64,000 bases of DNA, taken from NCBI GenBank assembly GCA_038078835.1, contig JBBTQI010000003.1, positions 2,196 to 66,195 of the forward strand, given 5' to 3'. Under the pieces are notes generated by a model that worked only from the letters and a program-made list of their open reading frames with translations, did no database searches and was not told the DNA's origin. Both the position numbers and the translations under genes were made by a program. How positions within the stretch are numbered: position 1 is the first letter of the stretch; the number at the start of each line of letters is the position of its first letter. Of the stretch, positions 17,364 to 26,597 are shown piece by piece. This DNA is from Patescibacteria group bacterium (GTDB taxonomy: Bacteria > Patescibacteriota > UBA1384 > XYA2-FULL-43-10 > 1-14-0-10-43-13).

Positions 17364-18485
17364 TCACTTTAATCCTCTCCCTTTGAAGGGGAGAGGGGAG
17401 GGGGAGGGTTTGGCTTGTGAGCGTTTGCCGTGAAAAGCTTGGTGAACTTCGCGCAGATGCTGATCGGTAACATGGGTATAGACTTGAGTGGTGGTGATGG
17501 AAGAGTGGCCCAAAAGCGACTGGACGCTCCGAACATCGGCGCCGTTAATTAAGAGATCGGTGGCAAAGGAGTGGCGCAAGGTGTGCGGCGATACCTTTTT
17601 AGTGAGACCGGCTTTCCTGGCCGCTTTCTCGACAATACGCTGGACACTTCGAACCGCGAGACGCCCGCCCCGGGGGGAAGAGAAAAGGGGCTCATTATCA
17701 CTTAAGGCCGGAGACCTAAGGCCGGAGACCAAATTGCTATTACCTTCAGCCTTCAGCCTTAGACCTTGGGCTGATTTGCCTTCAGCCTTAGACCTTCGGC
17801 CTTGAGCTGATTCGCCTTGGGCCTTGGGCATGGGGCCTTCGGCATAATTCTTCAACCAATATTTTGCGCTCTCTGAAAGAAAAACGACCCGAAGCTTCTT
17901 GCCCTTACCCAACACGGCAATCTCACCTCGTTCGAGATTTATCTGGTCCCGGTCAAGGGCGACCAACTCCGAGACTCGCACCCCCGTTGAAAAAAGAACC
18001 TCCAGAATCGTCCGATCGCGCAAACCGGAAGTTTTAGCAACATCGACAGACTCTAAAACGCTTCTAAGCTCCTCCGTTTCCAGAAAACTGATCTCGCGAT
18101 CCCCCGTTTTAGCGATAACAACCTTCTCCGGCGGTAAAGTCATAATCCCCCGCCAAGAGAGATAGCGCAAAAAAGCCCTAAGGGCTAGGGCATGATAATT
18201 TTGTGTCGTCTTCTTAAGCTCTTGCCCCTTCTTGTCGCCCAATCGATTGATGTAAAGCCGGTAGTGCCGCACCGTCTCTTGGGTAATCATTTCTGGCATA
18301 AGGCCGGAGGCCACATCCTTTTCGCCTTCGACCTTAGGCCTTTGGCCTTCGGCAACATAATCCTTCAGCCACGTTAAAAAACGATTAAGGTAGCGGTCAT
18401 ATCCGGCAATCGTTAAAGTTGACTGGCCCTTGTCCAGCTCGCAATACTCCAAAAACTCGCGTTTTAATTGAAATAAATCATTCAT
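17364..18485 (-). CDS. XerC/XerD-family tyrosine recombinase with in-frame repeat insertions
   Basis: LRDRTILEVLFSTGVRVSEL, GKGKK.R, SPHTLRHSFAT, LLGHSSITTTQVYT. Confidence 0.92.
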   Translation of the reverse strand: MNDLFQLKREFLEYCELDKGQSTLTIAGYDRYLNRFLTWLKDYVAEGQRPKVEGEKDVASGLMPEMITQETVRHYRLYINRLGDKKGQELKKTTQNYHALALRAFLRYLSWRGIMTLPPEKVVIAKTGDREISFLETEELRSVLESVDVAKTSGLRDRTILEVLFSTGVRVSELVALDRDQINLERGEIAVLGKGKKLRVVFLSESAKYWLKNYAEGPMPKAQGESAQGRRSKAEGKSAQGLRLKAEGNSNLVSGLRSPALSDNEPLFSSPRGGRLAVRSVQRIVEKAARKAGLTKKVSPHTLRHSFATDLLINGADVRSVQSLLGHSSITTTQVYTHVTDQHLREVHQAFHGKRSQAKPSPSPLPFKGRGLK

Positions 18486-18491
18486 TATCAT

Positions 18492-18634
18492 AAATGGATG
18501 ACTAATTGGTCTAAATAACAAATGACGAATATTCATATCCCCTCTATCTCCCTCCCGCATCGAGTACGGGACAGGCTCTACCTTAGGGGGAGAACCATTG
18601 GTTGTTCGTTATTTGGAAAATTCGTTATCCATTT
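18492..18634. mobile_element. Second copy of the AAATGGAT(A/G)AC composite MITE-like element
   Basis: AAATGGATGACTAATT vs AATTCGTTATCCATTT (14/16 complementary) around CCCCTCT...AGGGGG; overlaps the PAP2 stop. Confidence 0.55.
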
Positions 18635-19205
18635 CTGGTTGTGCTGTGGCATACTCCCAATGCCTCTCATATTTATGAACAAAGCGATAGGCCAGAACAC
18701 CGGACAAAACTCCCAGGATGGCGCCGGCGGCAGTATCAGAGGGGTAGTGCAGGCCCGTTCCAATCCGACCCAGCGCCACGCCGAAAGCAAGGATAAGCAA
18801 AGCTATGCCCAAACGACGGTGGCCATAGAGATAAACACTGATAGCAATGGCAAAAACAATATAGGTGTGACTGGAGGGAAATGAGCTCATCCTCTCGACC
18901 GAGAAGAGACTAAGAGAGGGATTAACGATGTCTTCGTGGGTAACAAAGGGGCGGGGGCGGCGCCAAAAAACGAAAATGATCAGGTCGGTCATTGCACCAA
19001 GGCCCATCGCGATGAAGGAGCAGATAAAAGCATTGATTCTTTTGCGCCAGATCAGATAGGTGAAGGAAAGCAGAAAAATCGCCATACCGAACTTGGCAAA
19101 GAAAAAAAAGAGTCGGTAAAACCAGGGATTGCCCTCGCCTAAATTATAGAAGAAATAATAAATCGTAAAATCATAACTACGCAAAGAATCAAAAAAGCTT
19201 TCCAT
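18609..19205 (-). CDS. PAP2-family membrane phosphatase (BcrC-like)
   Basis: RPRPF, SFPSSH, GRIGTGLHYPSD. Confidence 0.88.
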   Translation of the reverse strand: MESFFDSLRSYDFTIYYFFYNLGEGNPWFYRLFFFFAKFGMAIFLLSFTYLIWRKRINAFICSFIAMGLGAMTDLIIFVFWRRPRPFVTHEDIVNPSLSLFSVERMSSFPSSHTYIVFAIAISVYLYGHRRLGIALLILAFGVALGRIGTGLHYPSDTAAGAILGVLSGVLAYRFVHKYERHWEYATAQPEMDNEFSK

Positions 19206-19261
19206 AACCCTATGATAACACTCAGAGAAACCGGTTAGCAAATCAGTGTTTCTTTGATAAA

Positions 19262-20170
19262 ATGATAACTATGCAAGAATTCTTTCAGTCTCTGGTAATC
19301 GGCGCCATCCAGGGCATCACCGAATTTCTGCCGATCTCCTCGTCGGGGCACCTGGTCTTGGTCCCTTATCTTTTTGGTTGGGACTATCAGGGTCTCTCAT
19401 TTGATGTCGCCCTTCATTTTGGCACCGCCCTTGCTGTTATTGCCTACTTCCGGCGGGACTGGATAAAGATCATCGCTAAAGGCCTAAGGCTGAAGGCTGA
19501 AGGCAATAGCAATTTGGCCTCCGGCCTTAGGCCTCCGGCCTTAGGCTTTTCCGCTTCCAGCCCTAGGCCTCCGGCCTTAGGCAAAAATTTGCTGTGGCAA
19601 ATTTTAATCGCTTCCATTCCGGCGGCGATTGCCGGCATCTTGATCAACGACTATGTTGAATCAACTCTCCACTCTCCTCTCTTGCTCGCCGCTAACCTGA
19701 TTATCTTTGGCTGGCTTCTCTGGTATGCCGACAAACGAGCTGCCTTCGGCCTTTGGCCTTCGGCCTTCGCCCATTCGATTTCCACTCAGGGCGATCTGAG
19801 TCTATCGAAGATCGGCCTTCGGCACGCCTTGTTTATTGGTCTGGCTCAATCTCTTGCCCTGGTCCCCGGCGTCTCCCGCTCCGGCATCACCATCACCGCC
19901 GCTCGCAGCCTCGGCCTGAATCGGGAAGCGGCAACCCGCTTCTCCTTTCTCCTCGGTACTCCGGCGATTGTCGGCGCCTTTCTCTATAAATTCAAGGATA
20001 TCGATATTGCCCTAATTAACCTTCCCTTTATTGTTGCCACACTGGCGGCAATGGTCTTTGGTTTTCTTGCGATCAAGTATTTGCTACAATATTTAAGAAA
20101 GAGCGATTTCTCCGTTTTTTTGTGGTATCGAGTCGCACTAGCCATAATCGTGCTCTTCGGAGGGAAATGA
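19262..20170 (+). CDS. uppP: Undecaprenyl-diphosphate phosphatase UppP/BacA with two in-frame repeat insertions
   Basis: QGITEFLPISSSGHL, LHFGT, PGVSRSGIT, FSFLL. Confidence 0.94.
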   Translation: MITMQEFFQSLVIGAIQGITEFLPISSSGHLVLVPYLFGWDYQGLSFDVALHFGTALAVIAYFRRDWIKIIAKGLRLKAEGNSNLASGLRPPALGFSASSPRPPALGKNLLWQILIASIPAAIAGILINDYVESTLHSPLLLAANLIIFGWLLWYADKRAAFGLWPSAFAHSISTQGDLSLSKIGLRHALFIGLAQSLALVPGVSRSGITITAARSLGLNREAATRFSFLLGTPAIVGAFLYKFKDIDIALINLPFIVATLAAMVFGFLAIKYLLQYLRKSDFSVFLWYRVALAIIVLFGGK

Positions 20171-20872
20171 ATGGCCGAGGAAACCAAGGTAAAACCTGCC
20201 GCAACCGAACCAAAACCAGTGAAGGTTGCGGCAAATGAGCAAAAGATCGATATCAAAAAGTACTTTCCTTTGATCAAGTGGTTAATAATAACCGCAATCG
20301 TTTTAGCTGTTCTCTACTTTGGGACACTGCCTGTCCGCAGCCGCCTCTCGGAAAAGTATCTCAAGCAAGGCGACCAACTCTTGGTTCAAAAACAGTATCT
20401 CTCTGCCGACCTGGCGTACCGGAAAGCCGAGATACTCTCGTCTAAAAACAAAGTAATCAAAGAGCGCCGGCACACTGCCAAAGAAGCGGCAGCCGATATT
20501 AAACTGCTTCTTCCCTTCTGGCAAGAGAAGGGCGAGCTGACTCAACTAAGTCTCTATGATGATGCCAATGCCGTGCCGGCAAATGAAGTTGAAGCAGTCA
20601 GGCTGGCACGCCGCCTGATTGAGCAAAATGAGCCCCAACTGGCGCTGATTCCAACCCAAACCGCCCTGGATATGGATAAAAACTATCGCGACGCCTGGCT
20701 CTACCTTGGCGCCGCCAACCTTCAGGCCGCCAAGATCCTCGAGATCTCCGCCGATGCCCGCAGTCATTACCTTAATCAGGCCAAATCCGCTCTCGAGAAA
20801 GCCCGGGAGCTCGACCCGACCTATAAACCAACCCACGACCTCCTGGCTCAGATCACAGAACCGAAAACTTAA
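20171..20872 (+). CDS. Membrane-anchored TPR-like protein
   Basis: One TM helix, then helical repeats (DAWLYLGAA, ALEKARELDP). Confidence 0.6.
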   Translation: MAEETKVKPAATEPKPVKVAANEQKIDIKKYFPLIKWLIITAIVLAVLYFGTLPVRSRLSEKYLKQGDQLLVQKQYLSADLAYRKAEILSSKNKVIKERRHTAKEAAADIKLLLPFWQEKGELTQLSLYDDANAVPANEVEAVRLARRLIEQNEPQLALIPTQTALDMDKNYRDAWLYLGAANLQAAKILEISADARSHYLNQAKSALEKARELDPTYKPTHDLLAQITEPKT

Positions 20873-20899
20873 ACAAGAGTAAGAAAAATAAAGTCGTAG

Positions 20900-21448
20900 A
20901 TGAAAAAAGAGATTCCTAAAAAATTCTTCAATGGAAAAATATGCATTTTTATCGACGCCGCGAATGTTATTTATTCGCTGCGAAATTTGGGTTGGAAAAT
21001 TGATTACAAATTGCTTCAAAGATTCTTTGAAGCGCAGGGTGAATTGGTAGATATTTTCTTTTATACAGCATACTTTGACTCTGATCTCGGCCTGAAAAAT
21101 CTGCTGGAAATGCTTTCCAGAAAAGGTTTCATAATCCGAAGCAAAGAAGTAAAACAAATTAGAACACCTGGGGGTATCATACATAAAGCAAACTGTGACG
21201 TTGAGCTTGCCATGGATGTGATGACGCACTATTCGCGGCTTGATACCGCAGTAATAATGAGCGGTGACAGTGATTTTACGCCCCTGATAAAATTTCTTAA
21301 ATCCAAAAAGAAAAAGGTTGTGGTAATCTCGACTAGAGGACATGTCTCAAAAGAGGTAGTAGAATCAGCAGATATTTTTCTTCATTTCGGCCTCTTTAGA
21401 GATAAATGGGAACTAAAATCAAAGAACCCCGCGAAGCGAGGCTCTTGA
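20900..21448 (+). CDS. NYN (LabA/DUF88) PIN-like nuclease
   Basis: IFIDAANV, KANCDVELAMD, MSGDSDF; AT-rich; hairpin at 3' end. Confidence 0.88.
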   Translation: MKKEIPKKFFNGKICIFIDAANVIYSLRNLGWKIDYKLLQRFFEAQGELVDIFFYTAYFDSDLGLKNLLEMLSRKGFIIRSKEVKQIRTPGGIIHKANCDVELAMDVMTHYSRLDTAVIMSGDSDFTPLIKFLKSKKKKVVVISTRGHVSKEVVESADIFLHFGLFRDKWELKSKNPAKRGS

Positions 21449-21508
21449 TGAAGTTTCTGTCTAGAGACTAACATGAAGCAACTGTTTCTGTCAAGAGGAA
21501 ATTTTTGC

Positions 21509-23320
21509 ATGACTATAGAGGGATTTAAAAAAGTTGTCTCTATCACTCTCCTTACGGCCACGCTGACCGCCCTTTTGCCAGTGGGACAGATCAATGCTCA
21601 AGAGCCCTCAGGACTCAATCCAGGCACTAACACCGGCCAACCCAAGACCCCAGCACCGCCCGCCGCAACCACGCCGTCACCACCAGATCCATCAGATGAA
21701 ACTAAGTGGGAATATATTGTCAGCGAATCTGGTTCTAACGCTTCAATGGCAGAAGAAAGCTTAAAAGACAAAACGATTAGCGGAAGGGTTTTCCCTACCG
21801 ACCAACGAGGGAAATCTTATTTTGAATATGACAATCAAAAATTATCTGCTTTTATGGTAACTGTAAATTCTTCCGGTAATTTTCCAAAAACGCTCTATCT
21901 TCTTACTGGATACAAGGGCTACTCCGAAAAAGAGGCGATTCTATACATGGCTCTGCCATTTTATTTCTCTGATCAAAGCGGCCTTGTAACTTCCGATAAA
22001 AATACTCTTGCCTTTATGCGAGATCCGGAAAATTATTATATCGGAGACGAAAACACACTCGACTCCGTCTCGTATTTTCAGCCCAATAGTACAATGGGTG
22101 GAAAAAGTCAGGGAAAGGTATTAAAAGAAAAACTCTATAACGGGAGGTACTTAGTCATAATACACTCCAATAATGGGGGGTTAGCCACAGGCAAGGCGCG
22201 AGAAAACATGGCTTACAACTATTTTGGCCTCAGTGCAACCAATAACTTAAATGAAATTAATTACCTGAATCGACTAATCGGTGCCGTTCAGGATAACGAA
22301 GAAATTGATGTTAGAGAGGTGAGACCGAGCACGGGAATTGATGACTGTAAAGATAAGTTTATCACTCCATTAATGAGCTCGGAAACAAACCGCCAAAAAC
22401 TAGCTGATGAGCTCAACAAATACAAAGAACAACTCGAGAAAGCCAACCAAGATAAAAAAGATCGTTATAAAAGCCTGATTAATGCCTATGATGCCATCTT
22501 GGGAGGAAAGAAGGTAACTAAAGATAACGTAAAAAACTTAATCTCCGAAAAGGATGACAAGGAGCTTTATAATACCTTCTATGCCTCTGACGAGGCAATG
22601 AAAGGGCAATATTCGGATCGTAAACCGACAAACAAAATGCTCGCCCAATTTTCAGATTTAACAACCAGTTATGCCGCCAAATTACCGTACTACAAAATGG
22701 ATTATGACAAGGGTGATATCACCACAACTGCCGCCGGAACCGGAACCGGGGCTGTTATATCAATAAGCGCTCTCGCGGCTTCAGCAAAAATAGCAGCTGG
22801 GGCGGCGGCGGCTAACGCCGCAACAGCAATAAATCCTGCAATAGTGTTGGCTGGTAATTCTTCCGGCATAGTGATGACCGGTGCCGCGCTTGGTACAGTG
22901 GGCGGTATTGCTGTTGGTGTAGCAGGAGCATCGGCAACGTATATGACCTATATAATTCAAGAAAGGGTTGCCTTCGCGCATGCCAACCAAGACGCAATAC
23001 GCTTTTATACCAAGATGTCGTTAGCTCTGTATTATGCTTACCAGTGCAACGAGTACAACAAGTGTTTAAAAGCTAACGATGATGATGCGGGTTATGTAAA
23101 TGAAAAAATAATTGCCGATTTAATTGACCACATGAACCAAGCGCAAAAAACAAAAGAGTTGGTCGAAGCCGAATGTAACGTCAGCGAGGGTGGTAAAGTA
23201 GAGGAAATGATTAAGGAAGCGCTTTGTAATCTCCTCCAGATAATTCACAATTTTACTAAATCGGTTTTTGAATTTGGTGCTACCAAGCTCGAGGAGTCAA
23301 TTGGTATCCAAGTTAAATAA
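21509..23320 (+). CDS. Secreted hypothetical protein with Gly/Ala-rich hydrophobic segment
   Basis: Signal-peptide-like N-terminus, Pro-rich linker, AAGTGTGAV...GAALGTVGGIAVGVAGA. Confidence 0.6.
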   Translation: MTIEGFKKVVSITLLTATLTALLPVGQINAQEPSGLNPGTNTGQPKTPAPPAATTPSPPDPSDETKWEYIVSESGSNASMAEESLKDKTISGRVFPTDQRGKSYFEYDNQKLSAFMVTVNSSGNFPKTLYLLTGYKGYSEKEAILYMALPFYFSDQSGLVTSDKNTLAFMRDPENYYIGDENTLDSVSYFQPNSTMGGKSQGKVLKEKLYNGRYLVIIHSNNGGLATGKARENMAYNYFGLSATNNLNEINYLNRLIGAVQDNEEIDVREVRPSTGIDDCKDKFITPLMSSETNRQKLADELNKYKEQLEKANQDKKDRYKSLINAYDAILGGKKVTKDNVKNLISEKDDKELYNTFYASDEAMKGQYSDRKPTNKMLAQFSDLTTSYAAKLPYYKMDYDKGDITTTAAGTGTGAVISISALAASAKIAAGAAAANAATAINPAIVLAGNSSGIVMTGAALGTVGGIAVGVAGASATYMTYIIQERVAFAHANQDAIRFYTKMSLALYYAYQCNEYNKCLKANDDDAGYVNEKIIADLIDHMNQAQKTKELVEAECNVSEGGKVEEMIKEALCNLLQIIHNFTKSVFEFGATKLEESIGIQVK

Positions 23321-23326
23321 GGTGAC

Positions 23327-26161
23327 ATGACAAGACTTTGGCAAAGAAAAATTTTTAAGACTGGAGCAATTTTAACGCCAGCTCTTCTTGTTCTGTTAAT
23401 TCCAAGCATAACTTATGCCATTGAGCCGGTCTGGAAAGTCCTCTCCGACACCACCACAGAGACCAGTTTTGGTTACGCCGTGGCCGAACGATGGAAAACT
23501 GTCCTAAACATGATTAATACATTAGTGGTGGCTGTTCTCATTTTTGTCGCCTTTGCCCAAATTCTCCACCTTAACATTAACACTTATGGCATTAAAAAGG
23601 TTATGCCCAGCTTGATATTTGCCGTTATCGCCGCCAACTTCAGTTTTCTAATTTGCCGTTTCTTAATTGATATCGCCAACATCGCCATGATCGCTCTTAT
23701 CAAACCGGAAGAAGCAAACAATGCCGCAGCTAAATTTACCGGTGCTTTTGGCACCCCTGAATTTCACAATCCTTTCGCCGTCCAGCCTGGAAAAACTCCG
23801 ATAGAATTATTGCTTGATATGATCTTTATGTTGGTCGCCGGAATAATGATGCTGATGCTGGCCTATCTCCTCTTTATTCGCAACTGGATCCTATATTTTC
23901 TGGTTGTTCTCGCTCCCCTGGCCTTTATGGCCACCGTTTTGCCGCAGACCAAAAGTGTTTTCAACCAGTGGTGGTCCAACTTTATCAAGTGGACTTTTAT
24001 GCCCGTTGTTTCGATCTTTTGGATCTGGCTAGCAAGTCTATGGATAACTGATAAAACCTCCGGGCAAGCAATCTATCTGACAACACTATTTGCCTTGGCA
24101 GCGATGTACCTTGCCCTGACAACGCCGTTTAAGATGGGCGGGGCGATTATGGGCCAGTGGGCCGGCCTGGGCAAAAAACTCTGGGGGTCAACCGGCGGTG
24201 CACTCCTGGGAAACGCCGGCGCTCTGGCAAAAGCCAAGGGTCAAAGTTGGCTTGAGTCGCAAGGTGCGGGCGACAAGTGGTATAGCAAGGCTAATCCGCT
24301 TGGCTGGCTAAAAAACTCCAAAGCAAGTTATGAGCGCGTATTGGAACACGAGAAAAAGACCCAAGAGCAGTACCAACAAAAACGCCGGGGGAATCTTCTG
24401 GGGCGCAATAAGAAATGGCAAAATATGTTTGCCGAAGAACAGACGTTTGGCGGCGACTGGGAGATGGCTGAGAAAAAGGCGATGAAAAATCTTCAAGAGT
24501 CGCCAAGGGGCCAAAGGTGGATGAAAGGTCGGGAAGAATGGCGAGCTGAGATGAAAGCCCTGGAAACGGAAATTGCCCATCGCGACAAAGAAGCCGCCCT
24601 AGGGGTCAGAGACGACCAAACAAACGCGGAGTTTTTTAAAAGAATTCTTGTAGCCACCAGACATGGTGCCATTGCCGAGAATGAAATCGCCGAACTTGAC
24701 AAGACTTTATCGGTTAATTTTGCCCGGAAAGAGGGGCCATTTGCAAATGATAAAGACCGGCGATTGTCCGACCTGTACTTTGCCACCCTAACTCGTAGTA
24801 AAGAACTTGACGAAATGGTCACAAAGGCCGACAACGATCGAGTCGAAGCTATACTTGCCGACCAGCTCCATGTCCATGACACCAAAGAAGCAATTGACAG
24901 AGGTACACGAGAATTGCAAAAGTTAAACCAACAAGAAGAAAGAATGCAAGAATTGATGCGGCGCGAACCAGCAAATGCTGCTGAACTAGTTGAACTAGGA
25001 GAGCTTCAACGCCAAGGGGGCGCAAGAAACATAAGGAAAAGTGAAATAGTTAGCGAACAAAACAGTGCTATCGCCAAAGCCCGCACTTTTGTCGAGGAAG
25101 GTATTGAGCAAGGCAAGACCTACCTTGCCGGTATGGTCGAGGGCAATACCATTAGAGGCTTTGCTGGACTAGTTGGCAACGATGAAGATCTAGGGAAACT
25201 AATGGCTTCCCGAGCCGGCAAGCTTATGAGTGCTGAAGTAAAAAGTGATGCCGACAAGTTACTTGACAAGATGACACCGGCAATGATCGCCGAAGAATTA
25301 CAAAACATCAACCCGCAAGTTTTAGAAAATTTTAAACAAGGCCGAAGATACGTCAATGTCCCCCTAGGACCTGAAGAAGGAGACGTGCCCACACTTAATC
25401 GAAAAATTGAAGCTCATGTTTTGGCTCTGGCTAAAGTTGCGCGCCAGGCAAATCACCCCGAGGCGCCCGATGCTCAAGTTGGTCTTGTTGGTATGCTAAC
25501 AGATAACGGCCTAGCCAAAGCAATAAATGCTTACAACAACCGCGTCCAACCTGCAGAACAGATCCAGACAAGAGAAGATCTTATCAGGAAGATGCGAGAC
25601 GGGGGAAGACCCGGAAGAGCCGCCTTTACCGCTGTTGTTAATCAACGTGACGTTGGCCTTCTGGATAATCCATCAGGTTATCTCTCGCTTGGTACGGATG
25701 AGGGGTCAACAGAGACCGCCAAAAGAATTATTCAGACCGTACAGCAGATCGACCCTCCCAACCTCCAGGCGCAAAATCTTAATTATCTCTACACAATAGC
25801 TTCCAAGGCTCACACTCCAGAATTCAGGGATATCGTCAAATTATTAAAACAAAACGGTGAATACACTCGAGAACTCTTAAGAGAAGCGCAAAAATCCCGA
25901 TATTTATTGGCAGCAGAAGAAACTCTGCATCGCGCCGGGATTACTGTTGATCAACACAACACCAGAGAATTAGCCCAGATCATTAAGACTGAACTGAAAA
26001 AGAGTGTTAGGGAGCGTAATCCCGAAGCGATGGTTGGCGGTATAAATAACTACATCCGAGGGAAAAATCCCAACACCAATTTCAGTATCGAGTCTATTTT
26101 GCACGAAACCCAAACACCAAATACGAAAGCAGCGAGTAATCCGACGGAGCCACGCAGATGA
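23327..26161 (+). CDS. TrbL/VirB6-like polytopic membrane protein with long coiled-coil tail
   Basis: LIFAVIAANFSFLICRFLID, IRNWILYFLVVLAPLAF..LP.TK..F.QWW; lies upstream of PrgI/VirB4. Confidence 0.7.
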   Translation: MTRLWQRKIFKTGAILTPALLVLLIPSITYAIEPVWKVLSDTTTETSFGYAVAERWKTVLNMINTLVVAVLIFVAFAQILHLNINTYGIKKVMPSLIFAVIAANFSFLICRFLIDIANIAMIALIKPEEANNAAAKFTGAFGTPEFHNPFAVQPGKTPIELLLDMIFMLVAGIMMLMLAYLLFIRNWILYFLVVLAPLAFMATVLPQTKSVFNQWWSNFIKWTFMPVVSIFWIWLASLWITDKTSGQAIYLTTLFALAAMYLALTTPFKMGGAIMGQWAGLGKKLWGSTGGALLGNAGALAKAKGQSWLESQGAGDKWYSKANPLGWLKNSKASYERVLEHEKKTQEQYQQKRRGNLLGRNKKWQNMFAEEQTFGGDWEMAEKKAMKNLQESPRGQRWMKGREEWRAEMKALETEIAHRDKEAALGVRDDQTNAEFFKRILVATRHGAIAENEIAELDKTLSVNFARKEGPFANDKDRRLSDLYFATLTRSKELDEMVTKADNDRVEAILADQLHVHDTKEAIDRGTRELQKLNQQEERMQELMRREPANAAELVELGELQRQGGARNIRKSEIVSEQNSAIAKARTFVEEGIEQGKTYLAGMVEGNTIRGFAGLVGNDEDLGKLMASRAGKLMSAEVKSDADKLLDKMTPAMIAEELQNINPQVLENFKQGRRYVNVPLGPEEGDVPTLNRKIEAHVLALAKVARQANHPEAPDAQVGLVGMLTDNGLAKAINAYNNRVQPAEQIQTREDLIRKMRDGGRPGRAAFTAVVNQRDVGLLDNPSGYLSLGTDEGSTETAKRIIQTVQQIDPPNLQAQNLNYLYTIASKAHTPEFRDIVKLLKQNGEYTRELLREAQKSRYLLAAEETLHRAGITVDQHNTRELAQIIKTELKKSVRERNPEAMVGGINNYIRGKNPNTNFSIESILHETQTPNTKAASNPTEPRR

Positions 26162-26595
26162 ATGATAAAGATTTAAATCTAATCATACGCCAATTGATGG
26201 TGCTTGAGGTGGCAGTGGAAACAATCGGCGTCTTGTCCGACCCTGATTATATTAATGATATACTTTTAAGGATTAAAACTCTAAGAGTGCATACTCCCCA
26301 GAAGATAATATCAACACACCAACACCTGCTAGAAACGCTGAATAAGGTCGACAGCCCCACTACGCGCCGTGAACAAATCCCCCCTCTTGTCCGCGATGCT
26401 CTGACACAAGCTGGAGTCGGGACCCAAGTCCCTCCGAGTCAACCCCAAGCCCGCGCTTGTCTACTAAAAACCATCAAAGCAACAGAAGCTTATATTGATT
26501 ATTTCAACGATTACCCCAATCAGCCGATTGATGTCGACAAGGTTAATGAGATAGCCATTAGAAAATTGCTGCGACAAAAGTTTGGGGAGGAATAG
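26158..26595 (+). CDS. Hypothetical protein
   Basis: ATGA overlap with upstream gene; its end carries the next gene's RBS. Confidence 0.6.
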   Translation: MNDKDLNLIIRQLMVLEVAVETIGVLSDPDYINDILLRIKTLRVHTPQKIISTHQHLLETLNKVDSPTTRREQIPPLVRDALTQAGVGTQVPPSQPQARACLLKTIKATEAYIDYFNDYPNQPIDVDKVNEIAIRKLLRQKFGEE

Positions 26596-26597
26596 TT

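Noticed and set aside
17364-18485. Recombinase as integrase of an ICE or prophage
   Set aside because: Xer-like and among housekeeping genes; no att repeats or phage genes seen.
3764-20170. Inserts as inteins or group I/II introns
   Set aside because: Too short, with no C/S...HN intein ends or intron core motifs; unconventional splicing remains untested.
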